Both the position numbers and the translations under genes were made by a program. Positions 38,806-52,289 of a DNA stretch of 64,000 nucleotides are shown here, piece after piece. The first letter of the stretch is position 1, and every line of letters starts with the position of its first letter. The notes under the pieces were generated by a model that worked only from the letters and a program-made list of their open reading frames with translations, was not told where the DNA came from and did no database searches. The DNA is from Geosiphon pyriformis uo1 (taxonomy: Eukaryota > Fungi > Glomeromycota), in contig JAAOMT010000468.1 in the NCBI GenBank assembly GCA_016748015.1, positions 124,001 to 188,000 of the forward strand, in the 5' to 3' direction.

Positions 38806-41151
38806 ATGCGAACTCAAACACCATTTTTGCGCTCATTTCCCGCACTTAATCATGCGCGCTATCTGTTCTTCCTCTATAACCCTAACTTTCGGGCAAGATT
38901 ATATGCAAAGAAACAAAATTTGGCTCCTCAATTTTATTCGCCCTTTGTAACACGTTCAATTTCAACTTCAGCAAATGAATTCGCAGCTGTAAGAAATCAT
39001 AATTTTGATTCACGCTTGGTTGCCGAACGTTTTGTTGATGAAACAGACGTGGTTATTGTTGGTGGTGGACCATCAGGTCTCTCAGCTGCTATCAAAATAA
39101 AGCAAATGGCAAATGCAGAACAAAAGGAATTTAGAGTGGTAATCCTTGATAAGGGGGCGGAAATCGGTAAGTGTTTAAACCTTGATTAAAAAGAGGTGCG
39201 TTGCTTTATTTGTCTAATGATTTCTTCAACTTTGGATACTTAGGTGCTCACATTCTTTCTGGATGTGTCCTTGAACCACGCACTTTAGATGAACTCATTC
39301 CCTCTTGGAAGGAACGTGGAGCACCGGTCAATCAACCCGTGTTGAAGGATAATTTCCGATTACTTTTTAAAAACTCGGCTATCCCACTTCCCCATCCCCC
39401 TGTATTGAATAACGAAAAAAATTACATAGTAAGTCTCAGTAATGTGGTTAAATGGCTTTCAGAGCAGGCTGAAGAGCTCGGAGTTGAAGTTTATCCTGGA
39501 TTTGCGGCAAGCGAGGTATATTTGTCTTCGTGGTTTTGAGTTAGGTTTTTGTTATATAGGATTTAAAAAATATCGCTTTCAAATAAATTATCTTTTTCCC
39601 TTTAGGTTCTTTACAATCAAGATGGAAGTGTGCGTGGTATTGCCACAAATGATATGGGGCTAGACAAAAATTTTAAACCAAAAGAAAATTATGAAAGAGG
39701 AATGGAATTTCATGCAAAAGTTACTCTCTTTGCGGAAGGTTGTCATGGCTCGCTTACTAAAACTCTGATACGTAAGTTCAATCTCCGTCATGGCAAACAA
39801 CCTCAAACCTATGGTATCGGTATAAAAGAAGTTTGGGAGATTGATCCTTCCAAACACGTTCCTGGCCTGGTGCTTCATACGATTGGGTGGCCCCTAGATT
39901 ACAAGACCTATGGCGGCTCTTTCCTATATACTATGGAAAACAACATTTTAGTGACTGGTTTTGTGGTTGCTCTAGATTATCAAAATCCATATTTGAATCC
40001 CTACAAAGAGTTTCAGGTTTTATTCATTATTGTTCTAATGTGGCAATGATTTTGAGCTTTTAATATAACTCAAAATTCTTATGAAAACCTGTATAGAGGT
40101 GGAAACATCATCCCTATATCAAGAAATTTTTTGAAGATGGTAAGTGTATCGCATATGGTGCTCGGGCTTTAAATGAAGGTGGATTCCAGGTACAGAATAC
40201 AGATAATATATATTTATGATAATCATTGGTCAAGGATTTTGGTCACTTAAGTTATCAAAATTTAGTCCATTCCCAAATTAGTTTTTCCTGGGGGAGCCCT
40301 TATCGGGGATACAGCTGGTTTTCTCAATGTTCCTAAAATAAAAGGAACCCATACCGCTATGAAATCCGGTATTTTAGCCGGAGAAGCTGCTTATCTCGCA
40401 GTTACTTCGGGAGAATTTGCTGGCAATCCGATCACATTATCTTCTTACGAGGAGTCTCTTCAAAACTCATGGATATGGAAAGAATTATATTCCGTGAGGA
40501 ATTTGCGCCCTTCTTTCAACTCCCCTCTTGGTTTATGGGGTGGCATTGCATATAGCGGCCTTGAACTCCTTTTTCTTAAAGGAAGAGTACCATTGACGTT
40601 CAAACATCATCCCGATCATGCTACTTTGAAATATGCAAGGTGATTTAGAATCAATCCTTCAATTTCCTCTTTACTTATTTAGTGACTTCTGCTTCAAACT
40701 CTCTTTATATGTATTCATCAAGTGAATGTAAACCAATTGAATATCCTAAACCGGATGGAAAAATATCCTTTGATCTTTTAGAGAATCTTTTTCGTAGTGG
40801 TACCAATCATACAGAAAACCAGCCAGTTCATTTGCGAATACGTGACCCGAAAATACCCGTCGCTAGGAATTTGAAGATGTTCGATGGACCGGAAGCACGA
40901 TACTGTCCTGGTAAGGTGTCTTAATAACATTTCTTAATTTGGAAGTCAGCCTTGATGCAATAATTTTCTTTTTTTACAAAGCCGGTGTATACGAGTTTGT
41001 TGATGACGAAGTTAATCCTGGTCAAAAAAGATTACAAATTAATTCACAAAATTGTGTACATTGCAAGACCTGCGATATCAAGGATGTATCTCAGAACATT
41101 GATTGGGTCACACCAGAAGGTGGAAATGGGCCGCGATATGTTCTTACATGA
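38806..41151 (+). CDS. CIR2: Electron transfer flavoprotein-ubiquinone oxidoreductase, mitochondrial (multi-exon)
   Basis: Presequence-like N-terminus, [43 protein letters not shown] and [12 protein letters not shown]. Confidence 0.97.
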
Positions 41152-41587
41152 GCTCTGAAGCCTCATTAATGAAAAAAGATTATACTTGAAATATTTTGAG
41201 TAGATAATGGCATACAAACCAATCTATCCTCATTTAGGCAGTTAGATATCTTCGTTTTACCATTAATATAATGGAGCTAATAACGGTTGAGGGTTTGATC
41301 TCAATAAGAATAGAGGCGATTGATACTGTCCAGCAGTTGGAAGGTCTTAAACTTTGGACGAACTTAACCAATGAACCAGTTATAGCAGGTCCACTATCTC
41401 AATAATTAATGGAAAATGAAGCATTGTTGGGATAGCAGAAATGAAGGGTTTTATCCAATGTATTCAAATAAATAATCTTTTTTTAGCTTGCCAAATCAAA
41501 AATAATAAAGGTCTTGACTGTTTAGTTCTATTAAATCAAGTCAAAGCAAACAAGCAACAAAGTTAATTGGAAAATTTTGCTTGAGCT

Positions 41588-42149
41588 TTATGAGTTAAAG
41601 TAGACTAAAGGATCTTCAAGAGTGCGGATCGAGCCGGCTTTTGCGTCCCGAGTACTTCCTAGACCACCAGTGTCAATGTTGTAGAAATCGATGGGCTTAT
41701 CATGTTGGTGATATTTGTGAGCTCTAGTAATTAATTCAAAAGATTGCCGTTTGTTAATCAATAATACCCTCAACGAAACTTTACACTTAACAAAAAAAAA
41801 ACTTCAATTTTGCCAAAATGATTTTTTATAATTGATTACCTAGCATGAACGTATTTTCCCTCAGCAACCTGGATTTTACCAAAGTAATTCCAGCCATAAC
41901 CAACTTCTTCACGTGCAAAAAGCACCAATTTGTACGCCTTAATCCGGGCTATATCGTCGGTTTCATGGGTGTGATGCTATTTGATAAAATTGATAAAATT
42001 CAGGAAGAAACCAAACGGTCGAAGCGAGAATAATAGAATCTTACAACTATATCATCATGACGCAAATCCTGGAGTTTTTTTATAACATCATGTTTGACGG
42101 CATCGAAAATGGCAATCGCATCCTGGTCCGGTGCGCGAGGTGTATCCAT
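41588..42149 (-). CDS. Stefin/cystatin-like protein (~125 aa, 3 exons), atypical inhibitory loop
   Basis: Spliced translation MDTPRAPDQDAIAIFDAVKHDV...YKLVLFAREEVGYGWNYFGKIQVAEGKYVHAR|AHKY...TLEDPLVYFNS. Resembles the stefin pattern QVVAGTNYFIKV..G..YVHLR...DELTYF. Confidence 0.7.
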
Positions 42150-43599
42150 TCCTTTTTATTAATAAATTTTAAAATGAGGTTTCCGTAAATAAAAAAGCAA
42201 CATATTGTCTATTATAGGTAATAAGACGAGACTCTATTGCTGTTGCTTGTTGAATTTGAAACGAGAACCTGAAACTAAAAAAAATACAAACTGTTGAATT
42301 GAGCGTCCGTCATTTCGTTATTTACGGTGGTGATAATTGAGTAAAGGTAGAATCCCGTTTATATAATATGTAGGGTTTCTTAATCGCGACAAATGAAACC
42401 GATGCATACAAATATTGTTCGATACTGATATTTGGGGTATACGCAAATTTTGACTATGTTGGGGATTATTAGTAAAATAATATCAAACATGTGATTGCGT
42501 GCATGCATAGTACATCTTTTATATTTTTATTAGAAAATGCAAAAATTATATACAGAGATTACCTTATTATAAAGTAAGATGTTCTAGAAAAAAAATAGCT
42601 AATTAAACAATTACACTTTAAATTTTGCAACCGGATAATATTAATGATCCAAGATAATTTTATCATGTTAGCAGTAAGTTCGTTTACAAGAGTATAGTAA
42701 AATATATTTTTTTTCCATACCAAATCCGAATTGAAATTCCAAATTCTATTTTGCGGGAAGCTCATCCTTAAGGTTCATCCCATTGATTCTCTTTGGCTAT
42801 CATGGCTTTCTCTACGATATATTTATTTTCTTTGTATTTTTGACTCTTTTCAAATGCGAATACCTATGTATGTGGAAAATTTTAAACAATAAAATGGAAA
42901 TAATTTCAACACAATAATTCAAAATTTTGATTAACTTACATATTTCCATCCAACCACATGTTTGCAAACATTACATAAAATATCTTTTACAGAATGGACA
43001 CCTGTGATAAGTAAACGATCCTCTTTAGGACCCAAAGATACATTTGTTCTACATCAAAGCAATAAAATTGTTTTAAAAAGTAGAAGTTAATGGCTTCATG
43101 ACGAAAAACGAAAAAAAGCCCTTTTATAAATACAAACACTTTTTTAAAAAGATATGCACGTCCATGTCGTCCTTGAAAAGCCTGGGAATATAGGTATGAA
43201 GTTCAGTTAGCTTAAGCACTTGAGATATTTCTCATTAACCTTTGAGAAAGCCAAAAGTCAACTAATTTCCGTAATGTACTTTAGAGATCAAATCGTCATG
43301 TTTCGCTAAATGTGCATGACAGCTAGTGCACGTATAAATTCTGTCGGCGGAAAGAAAGGTTTGATGAGTTTTAGACATATTTTCAAAAGTGTATAAATTT
43401 GACATGAAAAGAAAGAACTAACGAACCAACTTTGAATAAATACACTACAATATCAGATGATCTAAGGATGGGACTAATTTAAAAAGCTGTCAGTGTAGTA
43501 CAGTTGAGGCACTAAATCCTAATCCTCAAATTAGTAGATAGAGTTTAGGAATTATTATTAGGTCCAAGGTATTAGGGACAAGATAGATAATTTTAAACC

Positions 43600-44045
43600 A
43601 TGAAATTCACAAGGATTGTTCATGCATTACACAAACACGTACCTCTCATCAAATTTCTTGGCCCACGCAGCAAACTTTCACCAAAAGGTAAAGTAAGAAA
43701 AAACTTGATATTAATCATCTGTTATTAAAACTTATAAAAGCAATTTCCTTTGGGATCAAAAGATCATGGGCAAGTAACTCCTGTAATTCATCCTGCTATT
43801 TCCCAGGCTAAATCAACAAATAATTTAAAAGCTAGAGAAGAAACCAAGGCTACTGGTCAAGCTCAACAACCAGAATTTATTAATTATTCTGAACTGCCTG
43901 AAAAGTATAAAAGAAAGGGTCCAACGCCTGATGAGATTGCAGCAATTGAAGTAAGGCGCAATTGGTTTTCTCATTTACTTTATCCTAATTATATTTTTTA
44001 TATTTCTAGCTCGGTGGTGCTGATTTCATTATTCGATTACCATAG
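43600..44045 (+). CDS. KGD4: Alpha-ketoglutarate dehydrogenase subunit 4 / MRPS36 (YMR31 family), 3 exons
   Basis: HVPLIKFLGPR N-terminal motif and ELPEKYKRK..TPDEIAAIE|LGGA C-terminal motif. Confidence 0.88.
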
Positions 44046-44232
44046 TTATTCCTACTCGCAAGTATAGATACATATAAATTTCGATCATATTAAAGAAATT
44101 TAGATTAGTCCTTTAATCTCATTTTTCTTAGAACCATAAATGGATATCTGCCCTGAATATCATTACTTCACGTGACATCAGCTAGATTTGATATTTGATT
44201 AGTGTTTCTGCTGCTTAAAAATAATACTCAAA

Positions 44233-46697
44233 ATGTCAAATTCTGACGAAAAAATCATTAATAATAAGGAGTAAGTAAACCTTCATTTCGAGCTTTGATA
44301 GGCACTTCCCATGGGATCTTTGAACTTCTTTCAATAATTTATAGTTATGAGATGCTAACAAGAGCCATAAATGTGCTCAAGTATCAAGAGGAACGTACCA
44401 GAGAAGATATCGAGACTTTAAAAAGGCGTAAGAAAGAGGCACTTGAAGATCCTATAACATTTGCGGAACAATTACGTGATGGAGTAAGTTTTTTCAACAT
44501 TTGAATTTTAAAATTCGAATAAATTTTTCATTATTGTTCACACATTTAGACAAATGAGAGGCTTCCAGCACGTCAAATCGTCTTTGCTTGCCCAAAGATC
44601 AATTGGAACAAGTATAGAAATTCGTCTCCACAAAATAATGGAAATTTGAAGCTAAGGTTTAGTCCATATGGAACTAAAAAGAAAGCCAAAGTAATTTAGA
44701 GTTACCCTTGATAAGATCAACGTTCCCAAGTTCATATTTTTTTTTCATCCTTTCCTTTGGAAAATCATAGACTCCAATTCGTCCGCGATCCAAACTGATG
44801 GATATTGTATTAAAGGGCGCTGCTGAGATTGGCTTGCACCCGCAAGCTACAAGAGTTGAGGAAGGCTCTGACGAGGAATCTGAACTCAATAACTTACCGG
44901 CTACTGAAACAAACTTTCATGATGACTTACAGGGATCTCAAACTGCTTCTTCCAATGGAAAAGGTGCTGGAAAAAAGATGTTGAGTGCACTTCTCGCTCC
45001 AGCAGAGATATTACATGATGGGGCTAAAAAGGTGGAACACCAATTCTCTACTGGAGCAGTAAATAGGTTCACAATACTTGAAGAATTTAGCCACCCTAAT
45101 ACTTGGTTATTGATAGCTTGTGGATTCGATTATTTTTGTTATATATACATATGGCTCCTTTTCTAGTGACATTGGAGATCTTGGCTTTTCTAATTCCGCC
45201 AATGATGACATACATGACAAAAATAATTTTGAATCTATTGTATCGAGTAATCATGGGATTTCCTCAATTACCACTCCCCCCCAAAACGTCAACCATATTT
45301 CAGAGGTAAAGTTATAGATTCGGGAAAATTATAAGCACAGAGAGAAATGTCCTTAAACCCTATTTTTTCCAATTACAACGATTAGACATCTAAAGATGGC
45401 GCTTCAAAGCCCCATAATCATAATGTTCCATGGACGGATGAAGAACAAGTCAGTAAATGAAATAAGATTATACTCTTTTTTCGAACTTTTTGTATTAATC
45501 AATTTATTGTCTTGTCACTGTAACTTTTTTTTCTAAACTATCTTTCTGAAAAATTTGAAGAAACGTTTAATGGAATTACTCGCAATATACCCCGAAGAGG
45601 AGATACAATCTCATCGATTCAAAAAAATATCTAGTGCGTTGGGGACGAGAACGCCAAAGCAGGTAATCATAATCATTATTATATTAAAACTTATATTAAG
45701 ACAATAATCTCGAAGTCTCTTTACTTTTGCTGTCTGAGATAGGTTGCAAGCCGAGTACAAAAATACTTTATAAAATTAGCCAAACACGGATTACCAGTAC
45801 CAGGGCGCATACCAAACTTGCAATTGGTAAAAAATCTTCAATTTGCTTTGTTATTTATTTATTATAATCATTCTTTTGACTTCCTTACCATTGAAGATGT
45901 TGTTGAATTCATCCGCAAATCTGACAAGGACAAAGAAGGCGAGTAGGATTGCGAAAACAAGAACTCCCAAACCTTCGACTGGTCAAACACCAAGGCGACC
46001 AAGGTAATGACACTCTGTTCATTTTTGAGGACAGATTTTGAAAGAATATCCGATCAAATACATCCTTATTTTAGAGTCTCTGGTATCGCATATGAACAAG
46101 CACAACCTCCTCCAACAGTTTATATGCCCGAAGGAGATGATGAAAGTATAGTTGAAAAAATGTTGTTTTCCGCTAATTATATTGATCCTAGTCCTGATCC
46201 AAAGGAACCCTCCAATTGGATTGCAGAAATGCCCAAGCAGAATTCCAATGTTCATTTTGGGTTTAGTGTAAGTTTTGCTTCGTTAAAATAATACTATTTT
46301 CATTTAATTTAATTTAAGTGTTTCTTTTTATATTTATGGATAGTGTGACAGCTGTCAAATAGATCCTATCATTGGTAATCGATATCAATGTCTGGAATGT
46401 GAAGAGAGCCGACAAGTGGATTTATGCGAAGATTGCATGGATCAAGCAAATTTTGAGAATGGTATTAGATCGATTCTTTGTTGCACCTTCGATCATGTTA
46501 AATCTTCGATTTGAGATTGTGTCTCTATTTCATAACATGATTTTTTACTTTCATCGTCACTAGAACATCACAAAGCTTTGCATCGTTTTTCCAAGATTGC
46601 GAGTTGCGTAATGACTTTCGATTCCGAAAAAAATTACATCAATGAACATCTGGGCGAGTATAGCTATTTAGGCGCTGCTTCTTTCAATGATATTTAA
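44233..46697 (+). CDS. ZZZ3: ZZZ3-like protein (SANT/Myb + ZZ zinc finger), multi-exon
   Basis: EALEDPITF coiled region, [37 protein letters not shown], and HFGFSCDSC..RYQCLEC..DLCEDC. Confidence 0.87.
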
Positions 46698-47007
46698 AAA
46701 TGATTTTTATAATTCAATTGTTTTGAGAATATAGCATTCTAAAAGAATGCTCTCAAAGAAACCTTCGTCTTCAAGTCATTTAAACTATCCAAAGTTGGCC
46801 AATATCTGTGATTTTTGAGGTCAGGATTAGGACTTTTTTGCATACTTTTAGAATTTTCAGAGACTTTGCCCGAGAATAAAATTTGCTAATCATGATATAT
46901 ATAGTTAATTTATAGTATATATTATATTAAAAACAAATCATATTTTAATAAATAGAACATTATAATAATCGGTTTTGTAATTATTATATATATATAAAAT
47001 GAATTTT

Positions 47008-47288
47008 TGACAGAAAATAAGAAACCTGTTTTTGTAAAAGTTTCTTATTTTCGAATCTTTTGTCTACAGTAGTACAAATAATAAACAGGAAAAAAATTCT
47101 TATTTTATTATTTCTGCATTTTAACGAATTAAAAATTAATAATCAAAAAAATAAAGACATTATTTTTAATATAAATAAATAAAAAATATAAATAATAATA
47201 AAAAATTAAAGGTTTCTTATTTTTCAAACTTATAAATTTTTCTAAAACTAAAAGTTTCTTATTTTCGAAGGTTACCTATTTTCTGTCA
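47008..47288. mobile_element. MITE-like element (~280 bp)
   Basis: TIRs TGACAGAAAATAAGAAACC and GGTTACCTATTTTCTGTCA (17/19 match). Internal repeats of GTTTCTTATTTT(T)C. No clear TSD. Confidence 0.7.
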
Positions 47289-49249
47289 TATATGGTATTA
47301 AGTAAAATAAAAATAATATTTCAATATATTGTAATATTTAATTATCATATGATTAACTACACAAAATAATTGGCCATTTCATCGTAAGCCCAACAGCACA
47401 AACAGTCCAAAATATAAAGAAATACTTTGGATATAAATTGGCTTATTAGAGATTCAACGGCTTCCATTAAATAACGAATTAACAATAAATTGGCATTAAT
47501 AACAGCAAAAAAAGACAAAAAAAACCTTTGGTAATACCATCTTGACAATATTAATAGGCTAATTACAAATTTGCCATCTTAATCCTATAATTAATGAGAT
47601 AACAACAGTCTTTATATTATTAATAAAAATGTTATTGATAATAAAAAATTGGGTAGCAATGTTTAAATTTTTGAGTAATTGTATAACTGTTGCCAATCCA
47701 AATTGTATTATTGACAAAAGTACTAGTTGTAAAATACATAATCAGACTTAAATTTTGTTGTTTATCTGTTCTGCCAATAAATTATGTATTTATTTTGTAT
47801 TCATATAACTTTATTCTTTTTTTAAGATCATAAAAAATCTTTTAAAGAAAAAAAAACTTTACTCTAGTTCAAATTATTATAAACTACATAATTATTGAAA
47901 AGCCCAAAATCCATTAATTTTTTTTGAATAAATATAACCAAAAAATCTAATAAAACATTTATATATCTTGATTTTAAGTAAACTATATATTTTTATTATT
48001 ATTATGTTTAATAAATAAGATCTAAATACTATAAGATTTCGATTAAATCAAATCAAACTAAACCAATTTTTCAAAGTAGATTTAGTTTAAGTTTGGTATT
48101 GAACTTTTTTGACAAATCTGAGTTTAATTTAAGTTTGGTTTGATAAAATCAAAAAAAAATATAATTTGTACTATTTGTTTATCAATTATTACTTTGTTTA
48201 ATTACTATAATTAGTTAAAAAGATATATAAAACTATACATATATAACAACTTTACTTTTCAACTTACTAAAATAAATTTATTGTTAGCATTATCTAATAT
48301 TATAGAAGATTTAAAATCTGAAATAATGGATTTTAATAACCCAAATAGTTTAAATATTAATATATTTAATAAACATAGTTTTCAAAGTAAAATATAAAAC
48401 TATTTTAATAAGTTTGAATAAATAAATAAAAAAAACAGCTAAATATATGGCCTCAAAATATGTACATAAACTATTTTTTTGTAGAACTATAAACATTACT
48501 AAAGCTTTATAGTACTATTTAGAAGTTTCTCATTAAACAGTATATGTTATAATAGAAGAATATTATAAGAAAAAACAAAATATTCAAAAAATTACAAGTC
48601 AATTGAAAAAATGTTTTAATGAATAAGATTACTATTTTTTTTTATAATTTTTGGCCAATTTAACTAGAAAACTGCTTTAACCTTCTGTAGTAATTATTAT
48701 TAATATTAATAATGAAAAACTTTGTAAAATAATTACTATTTGGTTTATTAATTATTAGTAACCACTTTTTACAATAGAAGATTCTAAATTAATTAAAATA
48801 TTTCAATATTTAAACCTCATTTCTCAATTTGTTTGTGCTGATGCAATTAAGAATAAAATCATAGAATTTTATGTCTTAAGTAAACAAAAATTAAGAATAA
48901 GCACTACTTTTATTATAAAATATTCTTTTTTTTTATTTATACTTATAATATAATAAGCATACTTAGGTACTATTAAGTTTAAAATTTTTTTTACATTAGA
49001 TCTTTGGATATTTTTTAATAATAAAGTTTTTGTTTTTATTACTGCTTATTATATTAATAACAATTGAAACTTTTAACAAACAATAATTGATTTTGGATTA
49101 ATAAGTAGATGAAATAATAAAATAAAAATTGTAAACAAATTTTTAAAGTATTAAAAAATTATAGAATTACATTAAAAATACATATGTATATTTTTACATA
49201 AATTTAAGTTAGTTAATAATCAATAATAATATTGGCATATCATACAACA

Positions 49250-49480
49250 TATTAGTATTATCTAAGACTTAAAATTATCACAGTATTCATATTATCAAAA
49301 ATCATATTTTTTTAATGTTGGCTTAAATTGGTTTTTATTATTGTTTTAGAACTGAATTTTTGGCATTAATATTATCTGAGACTTAAAGTTATCACAGTAT
49401 CTATATTATTAAAAATCATATTTTTTTAATGTTAGCTTAAGTTGAATTTTATTATTGTCTCAAGCCAAATTTTCAGCCAA
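49250..49480. repeat. Two tandem copies of a ~115-bp unit inside the hAT
   Basis: tattatct(a/g)agacttaaa(a/g)ttatcacagtat...aaaaatcatatttttttaatgtt repeated twice. Confidence 0.75.
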
Positions 49481-50848
49481 AAAAATTAAGAAAAAAGTTT
49501 AAAAAAAGTTATATTTACTTTTTTTTTATACAAGTTTATTATTAATTTTATTAGTTATAACTTAATTTTTTTTTAACAGTTTCTTACTATTATTCTTAAT
49601 AATATTGTAAATAATAATACTTTTATAAAAGAGTCAGCAAGAAAATTAGAAAAAAAAAACATTTAATAGAACTCAGAAGATCTTCAATTTTGATGTTTTA
49701 ATCATATTCTAAACTTGATAGTACAGATAATCTTAAATAAAATAAAAAATAATGTTTCCAAAATATTTGTTAAAAACCCAAACTGAATATATTTACTTGA
49801 AATTTTTTTAATATAAACTTTGTATAAATTAAAGATTAGAAAACTTAACTTTGCAATCTATATCTTGTTCCACCATTTTGAGTTTTTTGAATGTATTTGT
49901 AATATATATCAAATTAAATACTGTAAACTTATTCTGGATTGTTTTATCTGGTAGAATTTTGCTTATAACATGGTTAAAAATGAGTTATTTTTTAAATTAA
50001 CAGATTGTTTATTTTTAATTCAATATATTTTGAATACAAAAATTTTAACTGTAAATTTATATGCATTAAACACTTTTACTAGCACTTATATTGATTTTCA
50101 TCAATATGCTATTTCACATAATTAATGGGCTGTTTTCGATAAAATTGCTAAATTTTTTAAATTATTTAAGAATATTACAATTAAAATATTAGCCAGTTTA
50201 AATAATACTGTTTTCTTGATTATTTTTCTTTTTAATATTATTTTTAATTACATCAAAGACACAGTTAATGATAATAAATCTGGTAAAGCATTATAATCTC
50301 AATTGTATTTATTTAATTATTTATTTAATATATTTAATATTAAATCTATTACTTGTTATAATAATTGAAACAACAAAAAAAAATTGGTTAAATATTACTC
50401 TAAAACAAATACAATTGTAATACTTTGTACTACATTGAATTCAAGGAAAAAATTTTATTATTTCAAAAAAAAAGAATTTTTAGATAATAATATTAATAAA
50501 ACAAAAAAATTGTAAGTTATTAATTTATTCAAACTGTTTTATTTTCTAACTTTTACACAATAAATAAATTTTTAAAATGTGTATTTTCTTTGAAACAGAG
50601 TACACATTGGACATTATACTAATATTAAATGACAGTTTTTTGTTGAATGAGAATTTTAATGATATTATAGTATCAGTTACACAATTAATATTAGAAAAAT
50701 AATAAGAAAAAAAAACTTAATAAAATTGATTATTATATCTCTAAAAAAATGACCAATAAGGAAATGGATGTAATAGCATGGTAAAAGATATATTATAAAA
50801 AATATTTATCTAAATTAACATTTTATTAATAATTCAATATTTAGACAT

Positions 50849-51813
50849 TGTTACCAGAGGTTTTTGGTCTCTTTTCTTAAATGTTGGTAATGTTGATTTG
50901 CTGTGAATTCACGTTTCCAGGAAGTAGTTGGACCTCCAGTAACTGAATTTATCTTCAAATTATCTCCTATAATTTGAACTGTTGGGCTTATAAGTGGAAT
51001 GGCCAATTCCGTGCCAGTTGCTTTGTGTAGTTACGTTGTAGTAAACGTCAACTCTTTCCCAGGAATTGCTCATCTGGAAGCTCACTAAAAATGTGTAGTT
51101 ACTTTGCTGTGAAAGTCAATTCTTCTACAGGAATCTCGTCTGTAGGCCACCCTAATAATTATAATAATAAAAAAAGAAAGAAAATAAAAGAAATATAAAA
51201 GAAATAGAATTCTGTCAAGGGAAACGTTTTCTATCCAGGCCTGGAGTCACTAACAGTTTATTGAAATTGGTAGCTAATCAATTTCAAAACGTTAGTTGTG
51301 TTGAGGGAATTTCAAGTGTAATAATTTAAGGATTTGGTTTTCGAATATTTAATTTTTATTTGTTTTTGTAAAAAAAGGTGATTTGTTTCAATTAAGATAT
51401 CTAAAGTAAGATACTATGTTAAGATACTATGAGAAGATACATTTTCTTGAAGAAAGAAGCTCTTCTTTTATACAACTTGTTGTAGTACTAGTCTTTGAAC
51501 TTGCACTTTTCTTTTTGCTACAATTTGGGTAAACTAAAGATACATTTCGGCGAATTTACAAGTTATTTCACTGAACTATTGATTATTTCGGCGAATTTTC
51601 ATTAATTTCGGCGAATTTTGACTATGTTAAATGGTTCAGGGTATTGTGTAATTTGATCATCTTAATTTCTAGAGTACAAATCGAATTATTGATTGAGTAA
51701 TGATATTTGATAATTTGATTAAATAATAAGTGATAATCGAAATAATAATATTAATAATAGAAATTATAAGGGTAATTTCTTGCTAATTAATAGCTAAAAT
51801 TCTACTGGTAACA
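50849..51813 (-). mobile_element. Solo LTR (family 1), least mutated copy, inserted in the hAT transposase
   Basis: TGTTACCAG...CTGGTAACA with a perfect 4-bp TSD ACAT/ACAT. Retains CpGs. Confidence 0.97.
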
Positions 51814-52289
51814 ACATATTAAACACAATTTTTTTATCTTATATGTATGACTTATAATTATTTGGCAATCCAAGAATCATCTGTTGCTTTTGAATACACT
51901 TTTTTTGCAGATAAGAATATGATTACAGATATAAAATCTCACTTAGTGTCTAAAACTATAAGAAAAGCATATTGTTTTCAATTATATATGCAAAAATCAT
52001 TGAAAAAAAAATTAAATAATAATATAGTATAATATAATATTTTTAATAATCAAACTTAAACATATTTATGAATTTTAAACTAAACTTGAACCAAACTTGT
52101 TGCATGTATTCAGATTCAGTTCAAGTTTAATAATTTTAAGTTTGGTTTAAGTTTAAATTTGAAATTTTGCCAAATTTTTTATCCAAGTTCAGTTCAGTTT
52201 AGTGGTTTAATTAAATTTGAACTAAACTGAACTGAATATTAGAACTCTACAATAGAATTATATTAGTGAAGTTTGAAAAATAGATATGT

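Larger units (their letters stand above)
48032..52249 (+). mobile_element. Decayed hAT DNA transposon with intron-containing transposase pseudogene
   Basis: Relics of TLDLW, ITAYYI, LNNIVNN (LDNASNN), CFNHILNLIVQ and the dimerisation domain YLAIQESSVAFEYTF. Subterminal (AACTG/GTTCA)n arrays at both ends. Decayed TIR TAGAGTTC. Confidence 0.8.
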
